NCBI RefSeq assembly: GCF_009914755.1
Contig: NC_060929.1
DNA: 64,000 bases
Source: the human T2T-CHM13v2.0 reference genome, Homo sapiens
Direction: 5' to 3' (one strand)
In this document: one piece after another, positions 45,280 to 61,855 of the stretch
Layout: the number at the start of each line of letters is the position of its first letter
Numbering within the stretch: the stretch's first letter is position 1
Translations under genes and position numbers: made by a program
Notes under the pieces: generated by a model
What the model was told of the DNA's origin: nothing
Database searches by the model: none
Seen by the model: only the letters and a program-made list of their open reading frames with translations

Positions 45280-45863
45280 ACGAATCCATCTTATGAAAAT
45301 AAAAAATGTGATCCGGGAATTATTTCAAGGTTGTTCAGTGTGAAGTTCTTTACAATATAAACAAAGTACAAAAATGCTTAAATGTTTAACCACAGAATTG
45401 TTACTTCAATTATATTTAAATAATAAAAATGAAATATTTCAAAAAGTTTAATGACAAAATTTATAAAGTAGGGCTGTAACTAAAAAAGTTTGTACACAAA
45501 CATGTTTTTTTTAACGACTAGAAGTACCTCAAAAAGTTAACAAAGGTTTTATATGGGTGGTAGAATTCTCCTATGATATATACATTTTATTCTAAATTTT
45601 CAGGAACACATACTACCTTTATCATCAGAAGACAACTATCAGTTTTATTGGTGTTCATTTTTCACACAAACAAAATCTATTTTTAACACATGCATGTTAA
45701 AATGTATGGCAGGCTTCTCTTTTTAAGGACCATATCTATTAATTTCTCAGCCAAAGGGAGAAAATGAGATCATAAAAGGAGGAATCCTAACAAACATCCT
45801 CCCGCTGTCCAACCTTTTAAACAATCACCAGCCCAGGGTTCTTCATTATTCCCACAAACAAAA

Positions 45864-46017
45864 ATATATATATTTTTGCCCATATATATACACACATATA
45901 CGTATATATTATATATATATGTATACACACATATACATATATATTATATATATATATGTATACACACATATACATATATATTATATATATATATGTATAC
46001 ACACACACATATATGTA
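45864..46017. repeat. Compound (TA)n/(CATATA)n microsatellite
   Basis: Alternating TA/CA run with a roughly 37-bp higher-order unit. Confidence 0.92.
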
Positions 46018-46019
46018 TC

Positions 46020-47330
46020 TCCAGGACAGTGCCTGCTCCTAATGGTTTGTAGTGGCAATTTTAGGCAAGATAGAAGTTAGATTTTTGAACCAGGGATCCT
46101 TGTGAGGGAGTTGATCCTCTTCCTCTGAGCTGGCAGGTTGTTCCTTTTTCTCAACCTTAAGGAAAGGAGATGTCTTTGCTGGCATACTATTGTGCCCTTT
46201 AACAAGGAGTTGAAGCATTTATTAAAGAGATAATCTAAAGAAAGACAGTGGTTCTGAAAAAGCCATCACGCTTGAGGTCTTGCAATAGGTGGTGAACTTA
46301 GGGAGGCTATTCGGCCAGTAGAAGGTACTTGTAAAAGCCTGTGGATCTTTATGACTTGCTTGCACATGGTGTCTAATGAGGGACTGAGTAATAACGAGCC
46401 ATGAGTCCCTTGAGCATGAGGTTATCAAACAAACTATATAGGTGATTTGAGAACGAGGCTTTTGGGGATCTATTGTGTAAGGGGGCAGGCTTGTATAAGT
46501 AGCAACTACAGTGTCAGAGTGATCATGCACTATATGAGGTCCAGGGTGACAAATCCAGCAGGGGATAAGTTAGCAGAAGGAGCACTACATTGGGAAATCC
46601 TTGCTAGAGTTATCTTGGCCAGGAGCGGTGGCTCACAACTGTAATCCCAACACTTTGGGAAGCCAAGGCGGACAGATCACCTGAGGTTGGGAGTTCAAGA
46701 CCAGCCTGACCAACATGGAGAAAACCCCATCCTACTAAAAATACAAAATTAGCTAGGCATGGTGGCACATGCCTGTAATCCCAGCTACTGGGGAGGCTGA
46801 GGCAGGAGAATCGCTTGAACCCGGGAGGCAGAGGTTGCCGTGAGCCGAGATGGTGAAACTCCGTCTCAAAAAAAAAAAAAAAGAATAAAAAAAAAGGAGT
46901 TACCTTGTCAAGCAAGCAAGGGTCCCCAAAAGACAAACAGGACAAATAATGGTGTACATTTTTAATTTACTTACCTTTTTTGCAAAAACAAAACAACCAA
47001 CCAAACTAAAAAAGACTTTAGATCTTCCACGGGCTTGCAAACCCACTGTTTTTCTGGCTTCTGAGACAGAAGGGGGCCTCCAGTGGTGCAGCCTTGATTC
47101 AGTGTGATGTACCCACAGCTTTATCCCAGCAAGCTTGACTGATGAGTGGGCATTTAGCAACACCTCCAACAACAACCCGTCCACTTGATGGCCAGTTGGT
47201 GCTCTGGGCCTTGTTCTCTCCAGGCCTTCAGGAGCACCCAATCTCCAGGTCAGAAAGGGTGCAGAGCTATGTCTGTGGGGTAGGAAGTCCTGCTGGAGGC
47301 CAGCTTGTGAGTACAAATTAACATACTACC
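46020..47330 (-). mobile_element. ERV1-class internal relic (integrase C-terminus and env start), split by an Alu at about 46617-46894
   Basis: VLLNAHSSVKLAGIKLWVHHT resembles the gammaretroviral integrase C-terminus; an env-type CWIC motif lies near 46545-46560 on -. Confidence 0.65.
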
Positions 47331-47551
47331 TAAAGCCTTTACGTATTTAGCAATTGTTAAATCCTCCAGGCCTCAGCAGGCTCCCGTGTTGGATCAGAAA
47401 CATAGAATGCAGTATTATATAAACATGACACTGAAAATATTGTTTTGTAATGTGTAACTATGTATGTTGCTGCTCAGATGTCTTTATCATTACTGTTACT
47501 TTTTTTTGTGTTTTTTTGGATACAGAGTCTTGCTCAGTCGCCAGGCTGTAG

Positions 47552-47704
<153 letters not shown>

Positions 47705-48682
47705 TAGCCAGGATGGTCTCGATCTCCTGATCTTGTGATCCGCCCGCCTCGGCCTCCCAGCGGTGGGATTACAGGCGTGAGCCACCACGCCTGGCCAATA
47801 ATTTTTGTTAACAAATTTCACATTACACTCTTTGTTTTACTGAAACTGCATCTTCTCTTTGTGAACAGAGCACCATGGCCTGGCAAGGTCCGACGTTTTC
47901 CAAGGATCCTGGCTGAGCTCCTGTGGAAGCTGCTTCTTACACTGATGTGGTCCCTCGGCTGGCAGGCCCTTCTGCGGCCAACCAGGTGACACCTGCCAGT
48001 TATGAGGGACAGGTAGGAGAGGATGGGCTTTCCATCAGAAAAAAAAAAAAAAAGGTTTTCCAAACTGCTTTTCTTTCAAATTTTAATCTTAAGACTAACC
48101 TACATTAATTTCTTATTTTTATCTCATAAAGTCCAGAATTTCTGATAATTTCAGTTCTTTTCCAGAGTGCAAAGAAGCATTGGCTCTTCAGGTATTATGT
48201 TTAACATTTTGCAGGAATTGCTTTACTCTATAGACAAATAAACTACACATTTAAGACTTATTTCCTCTGTCAGTAAATGTGAACGCTTTGACTAATTTCT
48301 CAAGTGTGTTGTTTTGACAGTGAGGCAGATAGCCTGCTGTTTTGGGTCAAACCTACGTAAATGTACATGACCCCAGCAAGTACCACTGAAGACATTTTGG
48401 GATATTTTCTCTAAATTGATCTTATCTCATTTACCAGTTGGATGTGCTCTTGCTTTTTCTGCTCCTCTACTCATTTCTAGTCCCCTTTTTTAATTCTTTA
48501 AAAAATCTTTTTGCCTTAATTTTTTTGTTGCCCCTAAGGGCATTGTGTTGGACTGCTGATGCCATTTACAATTAATAACTTTCTGGTCTCTGAACTAAAA
48601 AAATAAACTTTTTTTTTCTTTAGAGATTCTAGACTCAGCAGAGGAATTCACAGCAAGAGTTGATGTAGAAGTTGACAACCAA

Positions 48683-49184
<502 letters not shown>

Positions 49185-49650
49185 TTCTCAGACACCCAAC
49201 CACCGGCTCCTCAGCCGGGGCAACTCCCTGTAAGATGACGGCACCTTTTCACGGCCCCCCACCCTGCCCCAAATCCCCGATCCAGCTCCAAATCCCCGAT
49301 CCAAACCCCAACCCGCGATCCCAAATCTGCGATCTAGCCCAGAATCCGCGATCCAGCCGGGTCCACCACAGCCTTCAGCAGCGACACTCCCAGCCTCCGA
49401 CCTCTCAGACCCAGTGAGCCTCGCAAGGCCATTAGCAGCGCGCCTGCACCGCGGGGGCCGCCGGGCTCCCAGAAGCCGCTCCCAGGCGGCGCGCCGGCAG
49501 GTGGGGCTGCAGCCCGGGGCAGGCGCCGCTGGGCTCGCGGGTTCTCCTGCGCTGGTCCGGGCTGCCCCAGGACCACAGGCGCAGGATCGCAGGCGCGCAG
49601 CCCGCCCGGCCTCAGGAGCAGGGCCTGTCTGGCCGTGCGGCCCCACTTAA
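49185..49650 (-). other. CpG-rich promoter/5'UTR-like fragment, probable segmental-duplication edge (ANKRD18/20A-like by recall)
   Basis: CpG-dense with short CCAAATCCCCGAT-type repeats; abrupt Alu junction; family assignment is from memory only. Confidence 0.45.
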
Positions 49651-49701
49651 TCTTAATAGCAAATAAAACTCAGCAGTATGCTGTGGTATATTCTATAATG
49701 A

Positions 49702-50001
<300 letters not shown>

Positions 50002-50538
50002 TAGGCTGGTCGCAAACTCCTGACCTCAGGTGATCCACCTGCCTTGGCCTCCCAAAATGCTGGGATTACAGGAGTAAGCCACTGCGCCTGGGCAAAATTT
50101 TATTTTTTAATAATGCCAAGTGATTTCATTTTAAATTAAACCGCAGCATAAATTGGATTATTTTCCTGCATGAGTACCTTGCTCTTCAAACAAAAACATT
50201 TTTTAAAGACCAAATATATTGCATACTTTTTTTTAAAAAAGCTCTGGCTGTGTGCATTGGCTTACGCCTGTAATCCCAACACTTTGGGGAGGCTGAGGGA
50301 GGAGGACTGTTTGAACCAGGAGTTTGAGACCGGCCTGGGCAACACAGTGAGACACTGGCTCTACAATAATCTTTCTTTAAAAGTTAGCCAGGTATGGTGG
50401 TGCACAGCCATGGTCCCAGACACTTGGGAGGTTGAGGTGGGAGGATAGCTTGAGCCTGGGAGGTTGAGGCTGCAGTGAGCTATGATTGCACTCCAGCCTG
50501 GGTGACAGAGCAAGAACCTGTCTCAAAAACATGTTCTT

Positions 50539-50720
50539 TTTTTTTTAAAAATTTATTTATTTATTTTTTATTATTATTATACTTTAAGTTTTAGGGTACA
50601 TGTGCACAATGTGCCAGTTAGTTACATATGTATACATGTGCCATGCTGATGTGCTGCACCCATTAACTCATCATTTAGCATTAGGTATATCTCCTAATGC
50701 TATCCTTCCCCTCTCCCCCC
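50539..50720 (-). mobile_element. 5'-truncated young L1PA (PA2/PA3-like) 3' end in an Alu tail
   Basis: Minus strand GCACATTGTGCACATGTACCCTAAAACTTAAAGTATAAT plus A tail; TSD AAAACATGTTCTT (50526-50538 and 50733-50745). Confidence 0.9.
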
Positions 50721-51489
50721 AAAACACCCCCCAAAACATGTTCTTACTGTATAAGAAATTATGAATGACATTTATTTTATGTTAAAACAGTATATTTTAT
50801 CTACAAAAGGAGTAAAAGACAGTAATACAAAAAATTGGCACATAAAGGAACAAAAATGCTAAAAAATTAAAATTTACCAATAATCCTATCACCTAAATTG
50901 ATAATTTTTAATATAATTAAATGTAGGATTTTAAAATAAATTTCTTTTAATTTATTTATTTAAACATATAGATTATTTTTAGACCCTCTTCAGGCATCCC
51001 CTGTTGAATAAGTTCCATGATTTACAGGCCTACTCTCTCTATTATTAAATATTTTATTGCTTTCAATGAACAACATTTTTTGTAAACATTTTCACAGAAA
51101 CAAATATGGGCACATTGAGACATGTTTTCTTTTCAAAAAGTCCTAGCACTTTAATTACTGTGTAAAGAGATATTAGTGTACAATTTTCACACATATTGAC
51201 TAACGTCCCTGCAAAATGTTGAATCAATTTATACTTGCAGCACCAATCGGCAAATTAATGTCCATTATGCTTTCGCTTCACCAAAACTGATACTTATATT
51301 TTATTTTGCTAGACAAAAATACATATTATCTTAATTTGCATAACTGTAATTAATAGAAAGATTAAATTTTTTTTCAGATGTATCATAGGACATCATTTTT
51401 TCTTGAGTCTGGTGGGTGCTTAGTTCCTTTAAAGCATTAATCTTGTATACATTAATTTTATGTGCAAAACAATCATTAAGTACAATTTG

Positions 51490-55466
<3,977 letters not shown>

Positions 55467-55634
55467 TGCCAGGTGCGGTGGCTCACACCTGTAATCTCAG
55501 CACTTTGGAAGGCAGAGGTGGGCCAATCAACGGAGTTCAGGACCAGCCTGACCAACATGGAGAAACCCCATTTAGAACTAAAAACGCAAAATTAGCTGGG
55601 CGTTGTGGCGCATGCCTGTAATCCCAGCTACTCA

Positions 55635-55787
<153 letters not shown>

Positions 55788-55845
55788 TCAATTATTTTTT
55801 CTGACCAGAGGGGAAGAGTATCAAAAAATCAGTAACAGGAGGAAT

Positions 55846-57005
55846 TTTTTTCCCGACCGTCTTTGGCTCCCTCTCTCGCCACCCTTTTTCTTCCTCCATC
55901 TACCCCAAAACTTTTTCCCCACCATTTTTTCCCCACTGTCTTTTTGCAAAGCCTTCTATACTCTCCCGCTCACTACCGTTTCCCCACCCATCTACCCCAA
56001 AACTTTTCCCCACTGTCTTTTCTCCCTCTCCCTGGCCACCCTTTTTTCTACCTCCCACTCTCATTACCCTCTTTTGCTCCTCCATCTCCCCAAAAACATT
56101 TCCCCCAACTTTTCCCAAAGCCTTCTCCCCACTCCTGCTGCTCGCCACCCTCTTTCCCCTTTCATCTACCCAAAAACTGTTTCCCTATCATCTTTTTCTC
56201 CCTTCCTCCTTGCCACCCTCCTTCCCTTCTCCATCTACCCAAAAACATTTCCCCGCCGTCTTTTTACAAAGCCTCTTCTCTACTCCTGCTCACCACGCTC
56301 TTTTACCCATCTACCTCCCCAATTTTTCTCTGCCATCTTTTCACAAAGCCTTCCCCGCTTCCCGCCTGCCCTCTTCTTTCCTCTATCCTGCTTGCCACCC
56401 TGTTTTTGCCCTCCATCTACCCCAAACTATTTTCCCCATAGCCTTTTTCCCATTCCTCTTTCCCCACTCCCTCTGGCCACCCTCTCTATTCTCCTCCCAC
56501 TTGCCACCCTCTTTTCCCCCTCCATCTACCTAAAAGCTTCTCTCCTCACTGTCTTTTTGCAAAACCTTCTCTCCCTCTTGCTCACCACACTCTCTTCCCC
56601 CTCCCTCTTCTGCACGCTCTTTTCTCCTCCCACTTGTCACCCTTTTCCCCCCTCCATCTACTCAAAATCTTTTTACCTACAGTCTTCTTTCCCTTTCTTT
56701 TCTCCCCACCGTATTTTTGCAAACCTTCTCTCCTTCCTGCTCATCCCCGTTCCCCCCTCACGACCCTCTCTTTCCCCCTTCCATCTACCCAAAAACTTTT
56801 TCCCCACCGTCTTTCTATGAAACCTTCTCTCCCTCCTGTTCACCACCCTGTTTTCCCCCTCCATCTACCCCTCAATTTTTTTTCCCCAACATCTTTTTCT
56901 CACCGTCTTTATGCAATGTCTTCTCTGGCTCGCCATCCTTTTTTCCTTTTGGCACTAACCACCCTCTTTACCCCTCCATCTATCCCAAAACTATTTTCCC
57001 CTTCC
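55846..57005. repeat. Degenerate CT-rich tandem repeat with CCATCTACC(C)CAAAA core
   Basis: The core recurs many times at 60-130 nt spacing; almost no G on the + strand. Confidence 0.85.
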
Positions 57006-57129
57006 TACCACTCCAGCTACACTACAGTTTCTGTCGCCACCAACTGCAGGGAGGCCAGCCGCGGTGCGCAAACTACAGCCTCCAGTCTGTCCTGGTCCTC
57101 TAATCCGGGCTCGGAGCAGCACCGGGAGC

Positions 57130-57375
57130 AGACACAGAAAAACCTGGAAGAGCCTCTCTTCTTCAGCACCAATTATATACTGAGGTTATTCATATGCGGT
57201 TCCTGGACTACATGTTCCAGGACTGGACAACCAATCAGAGTATGAAAATAAAGTCCAATCAGAGAAGGCCTAGAGGTTTTCTCTCACCCAATCAGAACAT
57301 GCAGTCCAGAAACCATGCGCATAACCCAATGTGCATGCTGAGGAGGCCTCACGCCAGTTTAGGCTCTCCAGTATC
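57130..57375. promoter_or_regulatory. Multi-CCAAT promoter of the BAGE-like locus
   Basis: CCAATCAGA at about 57231, 57256 and 57288, CCAAT at about 57326, NRF1-like CATGCGCAT at about 57314. Confidence 0.65.
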
Positions 57376-57500
57376 TCCCACTGAGCTACTCTGTCCCCGA
57401 CTTAGAGGACCAGGAGAAGGGGGAGCTGGAGGCTGGAGCCTGCCACACCGTGGCTCGTCTCACTCTGGATGGTGGTGGCAACAGAGATGGCAGTGTGGCT

Positions 57501-57968
57501 GGAGTTTTAGGAGGGCGGCCTGAGCCGTAGGAGGGGGCTGGAGCAGTAACATGGCGGCCTGAGCGGTAGGCGGGAGCTGGAGCAGTAAGAGGGCGGCCTG
57601 AGCGGTAGGAGGGGGGCTGGAGCAGTAAGAGGGCGGCCGGGGCGGTAGGAGGGGGGCTGGAGCAGTAAGAGGGCGGCCTGAGCGGTAGGAGGGGGCTGGA
57701 GCAGTAAGAGGGCGGCCGGGGCGGTAGGAGGGGGGCTGGAGCAGTAAGAGGGCGGCCGGGGCGGTAGGCGGGGGCTGGAGCAGTAAGAGGGCGGCCTGAG
57801 CGGTAGGCGGGGGCTGGAGCACTAAGAGGGCGGCCGGGGCGGTAGGAGGGGGCTGGAGCAGTAAGAGGGCGGCCTGAGCGGTAGGCGGGGGCTGGAGCAG
57901 TAAGAGGGCGGCCTGAGCGGTAGGAGGGGGGCTGGAGCAGTAAGAGGGCGGCCTGAGCCGTAGGAGGG
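57501..57968. repeat. GC-rich minisatellite, about 12 units of 39-40 bp
   Basis: Consensus GGAGCAGTAAGAGGGCGGCCTGAGCGGTAGGAGGGGGCT with TGA/GGG and A/C variants. Confidence 0.95.
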
Positions 57969-58139
57969 TGGGTGGCAGCTGGAGATGCTCTTGACCGGCT
58001 AGAGGTCTAGGAGAAGGTGGGGACCGTGTCCAACACTCGTGGCTGGAGCCTTGGCCACCGCGGTTCTCCTGGCTGTGGTTGGTGGTGGCGACGGAGACTG
58101 CATCTCTGTTAGACTGGTAGAAAGGTGGCAGGGTAGGTG

Positions 58140-58880
58140 CGCTCTCTGCGGCTGCACTGCCCGCTTGCGGGGTGGTAGGGGAGCGGGTGTGGCGTGCTTT
58201 TGGGGCTGCACTGCCTGCCGCGGGGGGCTGGTGGGTGGCGCTATCAGGCGTTGAATTGCTGGCAGTGGGGCAGGTTCGCTGCACTATCAGGCTCTACACT
58301 GCCTAAGGGGGCGGGGGGTTGGAGGCAGGTTGTGGGTTGTGTGCACTGTCGTGCACTGCCAGTGGCGGGTGGCAGGGGGTTAGGAGCATTATTAGCTGCT
58401 GCACTGGCTGATGCAGGGGGCGGGTTGGGTGAGCTATCGTGGGCTACAATGTCAGCAACAATGCCAACTGGCAGGCAGTCGGGGGTGCTTTAGGGGAGCT
58501 GTCAAATGCTGCATTGTCCGTGGGGGAAAGGGGAAGGTGGGGTGGGGGGTTGGTTGGGTGCACTGCCCTGGGCGTTCACTGCCCGAGACGGGAGCAGATT
58601 GGGGGCGCTATCTGGGGCTGTGCTGCTTGTGGTTCGGGTGGGGGGCGGGTTTGGTGGGGTGTTATTTGGTGCTGCAACACCCGTGGCGGGGATGGGTTGT
58701 GGACACTATCGAGTGTTACACTGCCAGGAGCAGAGGGGTGGTTTGGGGGCGCTATCAGGGTTACACTGCCTGCAGCAGTCTCTGGGTGTGTTGTGGGCAC
58801 AATCCGGGGGCTACGCTTGTCGGTGGGGGGGCAGGTTGGGGCGCTATGGGGGGAGGCTGCACTGCTGCTGCCAGCGGCAG
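58140..58880. repeat. Degenerate G-rich tandem repeat (GGGGCGCTATC..GGCTGCACTGCC motif)
   Basis: GCTATC and GCACTGCC-type motifs recur about every 60 nt. Confidence 0.7.
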
Positions 58881-61287
58881 GTTGTGGAGGTGGCCACGAC
58901 AGTGGTGGCCTCTGAGGAAGGGGCCCTTCTCCTCTTCCCGGACTCAAGGCTCTAGAGGGTGAACAACTTCTGCTCGTGTTGGAGCGTGGAGGGTGTACAG
59001 AGTTTTCACGGCAATCCTCTGACCACCCCAGGGCCCTCACACCCACCATGGTTCCCCGGCCCTTGCCCTCTTGCTGCGTGGTGTGGAGACCATCTGGGGG
59101 CCCCAGGCGTGGAGTAGTGGGCACCACGGGGGCTCAGGGTCCTGTGGGTGGAGGAGTGAGGAATGGGAACTGGTACTTGGGTGGAGAGGACTGGCTGGGT
59201 CTGAGTTTCTGCTATTCTTGCTCCCCAGTGAGCCCTGGGCACTGTGGTGTCTCCAGTCCCCACCCCAGGTCAGGAGGCCAGCTTGGTCTAGGAGGAGAGG
59301 CTGGACTTTGGAGGGTAGGTGTGAGTGCCTTTGCTGAAACTGGTCCCTGCCACCCAGTGGCCAGCATGACAAGGTGAGGCTCCAACACTGCCACTTTCTG
59401 CATCCTGTTGTAGGTTTTTCTGGCATTGTCTGCCCAGCTGCTCCAAGCCAGGCTGATGAAGGAGGAGTCCCCTGTGGTGAGCTGGAGGTTGTAGCCTGAA
59501 GATGGCACAGCTCTGTGATTCATCTCCTGCGGTTGTGGCGGCCACGGTGATGGAGACTGCAGCTCAACAGGAGTGGTAGGAGGGTACCCGTGGAGGCCAA
59601 GTAGTAGGAGCCTTGGAGGGTGGGTAGGTGCATGGAGGGTGACAGCAGCGCTGGTTCCGTTGGCATCGGCGCTAATGGTGGCAGCAGCAGCAAGTCTAGG
59701 GGCCAGGAAGGGGGAGTAGGAGAGCTCTGGGGCCCGGCCCGGCCTGGGGTGGGTAAGAAGCTGCCGGTTCTGTACCGCAGGCCTCAGTGACAGTGGTGGA
59801 CCAGGGCAAGGAGGAGTCCTCCCCCTTCTCCTGCGGTCTCTGGAGGGTGCCCTCCTTCTGCTGGCGTCTGAGCCAGGTGTGAGTGGCAGCATTGTTTCAT
59901 TCTTAACAGAATTTAGGGGCTTACTATTTGTGTATCTTTTTGTTTTTGGTTGTGGTAACCCTTAAGGGACAAAAGGCTTCTTTGGCTGGGTTTTGGTGTG
60001 GTGGGATCCCTCCATGTAAGACAAAGGGTGCTTCCCTGGCAAGCTGTGTGTTAGAGGGAGTTCACGAAGGGGAAGAAAGGGAACCTCCCAGGAGGGTGGC
60101 TGCTGTGGCAGGTCCCCTGCCTCTGGGCACCCTTTGGGCCACCTAGTTTCCCCTGTGGAAGAGGGGAGGCTTAGACCGGTACCACCTGTATCATCAAAGA
60201 GGCATCCTGGCTGGGCCAGTCGATTTGACCTTCCCACTTCTTCAGCCCACCTGCCTGTGGTGTCACCTGGGGGAAGTGGATCCTCACACCACAGGGGCAG
60301 AGGCTTCTCTGGCAGGCTGATTGCTGTAGTGGATTCTGTTCTGCCTGCTGCTCAGGAGGGTTTCTGTGGCCAGGAACTGATGCTGGGACTCTCCTGTTGG
60401 TGTTTTGCTGCCTCTGTGTTGTCTCCGGCTTCTCAGGGACTCTCAGATGTGTGAAGGCAAAAAGGTTTCCTGGCTAGTTTGCGTGGTGTGGTTGGGATCA
60501 CTTTTGCTACATGCCCCTCAGGCACCCTAGTGGGGGAAAAGGGAATTTTAGATTTAATGGAGAATGTGTCTATGTTGGCTGCTTATTGTTAGCAAACTTC
60601 TGAACAATTCTATTCTAAATGGTCGCCTCTTGTTGAGTAGACTCCAGCTCCATTGGAGAAGAGATGATCTTACCTGGGCTGTGTTTTCTTGCTAGCTTGA
60701 GGGTTGAAAACACTAGGTTTTTGTCTCCTTTTCCAGTTGAGTTAGGGAAGTGACATGCATTGCCACAAAACAATTCCTTCAGTTCTGGAGTCCTTAGACA
60801 GACTGTCATCTTACTAGCACCTTCCAGCATTCTCCTTTCAGTGAGATAAGGGAAGGTTCCTAATCTAAAAGGAAACATGGAATGGTGTTCTTATATTGTA
60901 TGACAAGAAATATGAAATATTTCTGAAAAATTTAGTCATTCTTCTTTTAAATTTAGAAACCTGTTTTTTATATTTATAATATTTCAAGCCATTAAAAATT
61001 AGGATGTCATAATTGAAATAATCTTTTAACATTTTACATTAATTAGCATTTAGCAGATGACCATAACAAATTATTTTTAATTATGTTACATTAATTGCCA
61101 ATACAGATTTCTTTCTGGTTATTACAAATCTGTTTGCAAAATTTTATTTTGTCATTTATTAAATTTTTGTATAATTAGTTGCTACATTGCAGGTATAGGA
61201 ACTTCCAATATTAAGCATGATTACAAATACCTCAGTTTTCGTGTCTTTTTATTAATAGTCTAAAACTTATAAAATGCTTTGTGCATT

Positions 61288-61353
61288 TTATAAGTTATTG
61301 GTATAAGTTATAATGTTATTTTATAAGTTATTGGTATAAGTTATAATGTTATT
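61288..61353. repeat. Perfect 33-bp tandem duplication
   Basis: TTATAAGTTATTGGTATAAGTTATAATGTTATT twice. Confidence 0.9.
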
Positions 61354-61414
61354 GGTAACATTCTTTAGTATGAATTATCATTTGAAAAATGTTAAGAACA
61401 TAGCTTTCCCATCT

Positions 61415-61855
61415 TATTTATTTTCTTGAGGTGGAGTCTCACTCTGTCGCCCAGGCTGGAGTGCAGTGGCGCGACCTTGGCTTACTGCAACCTCTGCCTC
61501 CTGGGTTCAAACTATTTCTCCTGCCTCAGCCTCCTGAGTAGCTGGGATTACAGGCACGGTCCACCACGACCGGCTAATTTTTGTGTCTTTAGTAGAGATG
61601 AGGTTTCACCATATTGGTCATGCTGGTCTCGAACTACTTACCTCAGGTGATCCACCTGCCTCGGCCTCCCAAAGTGTTGGGGTTACAGGTGTGAGCCACC
61701 ACGCCAAGCCTATTTATTTTAGATACAGTGTCTTCCTCTGTTGACCAGGTTGAAGTGCAGGGGTGTAGTCATAGCTCACTGCAGGCTCAGACAGTCCTTC
61801 TGCCATGGCTTTCCAAAGTGCTGGGATTACAGGCATAGGCCACTGCACCTGGCCT
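61415..61855 (-). mobile_element. Antisense AluS plus deleted AluJ
   Basis: Reverse Alu consensus. Confidence 0.88.

Larger units (their letters stand above)
57400..59575 (+). pseudogene. BAGE (B melanoma antigen)-like exons 1 and 2, ORF disabled
   Basis: Exon 1 ATG GCG GCC TGA GCG|gtagg (57551-57565). Exon 2 from tgtag|59414 translates [33 protein letters not shown], matching recalled BAGE [39 protein letters not shown]. Confidence 0.85.

Noticed and set aside
55863-57245. Several long Pro/Leu/Phe/Ser-rich ORFs
   Set aside because: They are a by-product of CT-rich low complexity that lacks stop codons.
57460-58284. 274-aa repetitive ORF (LLLQPPPTAQAA)
   Set aside because: It is the antisense translation of the minisatellite; 39/40-bp units shift phase, and there is no independent coding evidence.
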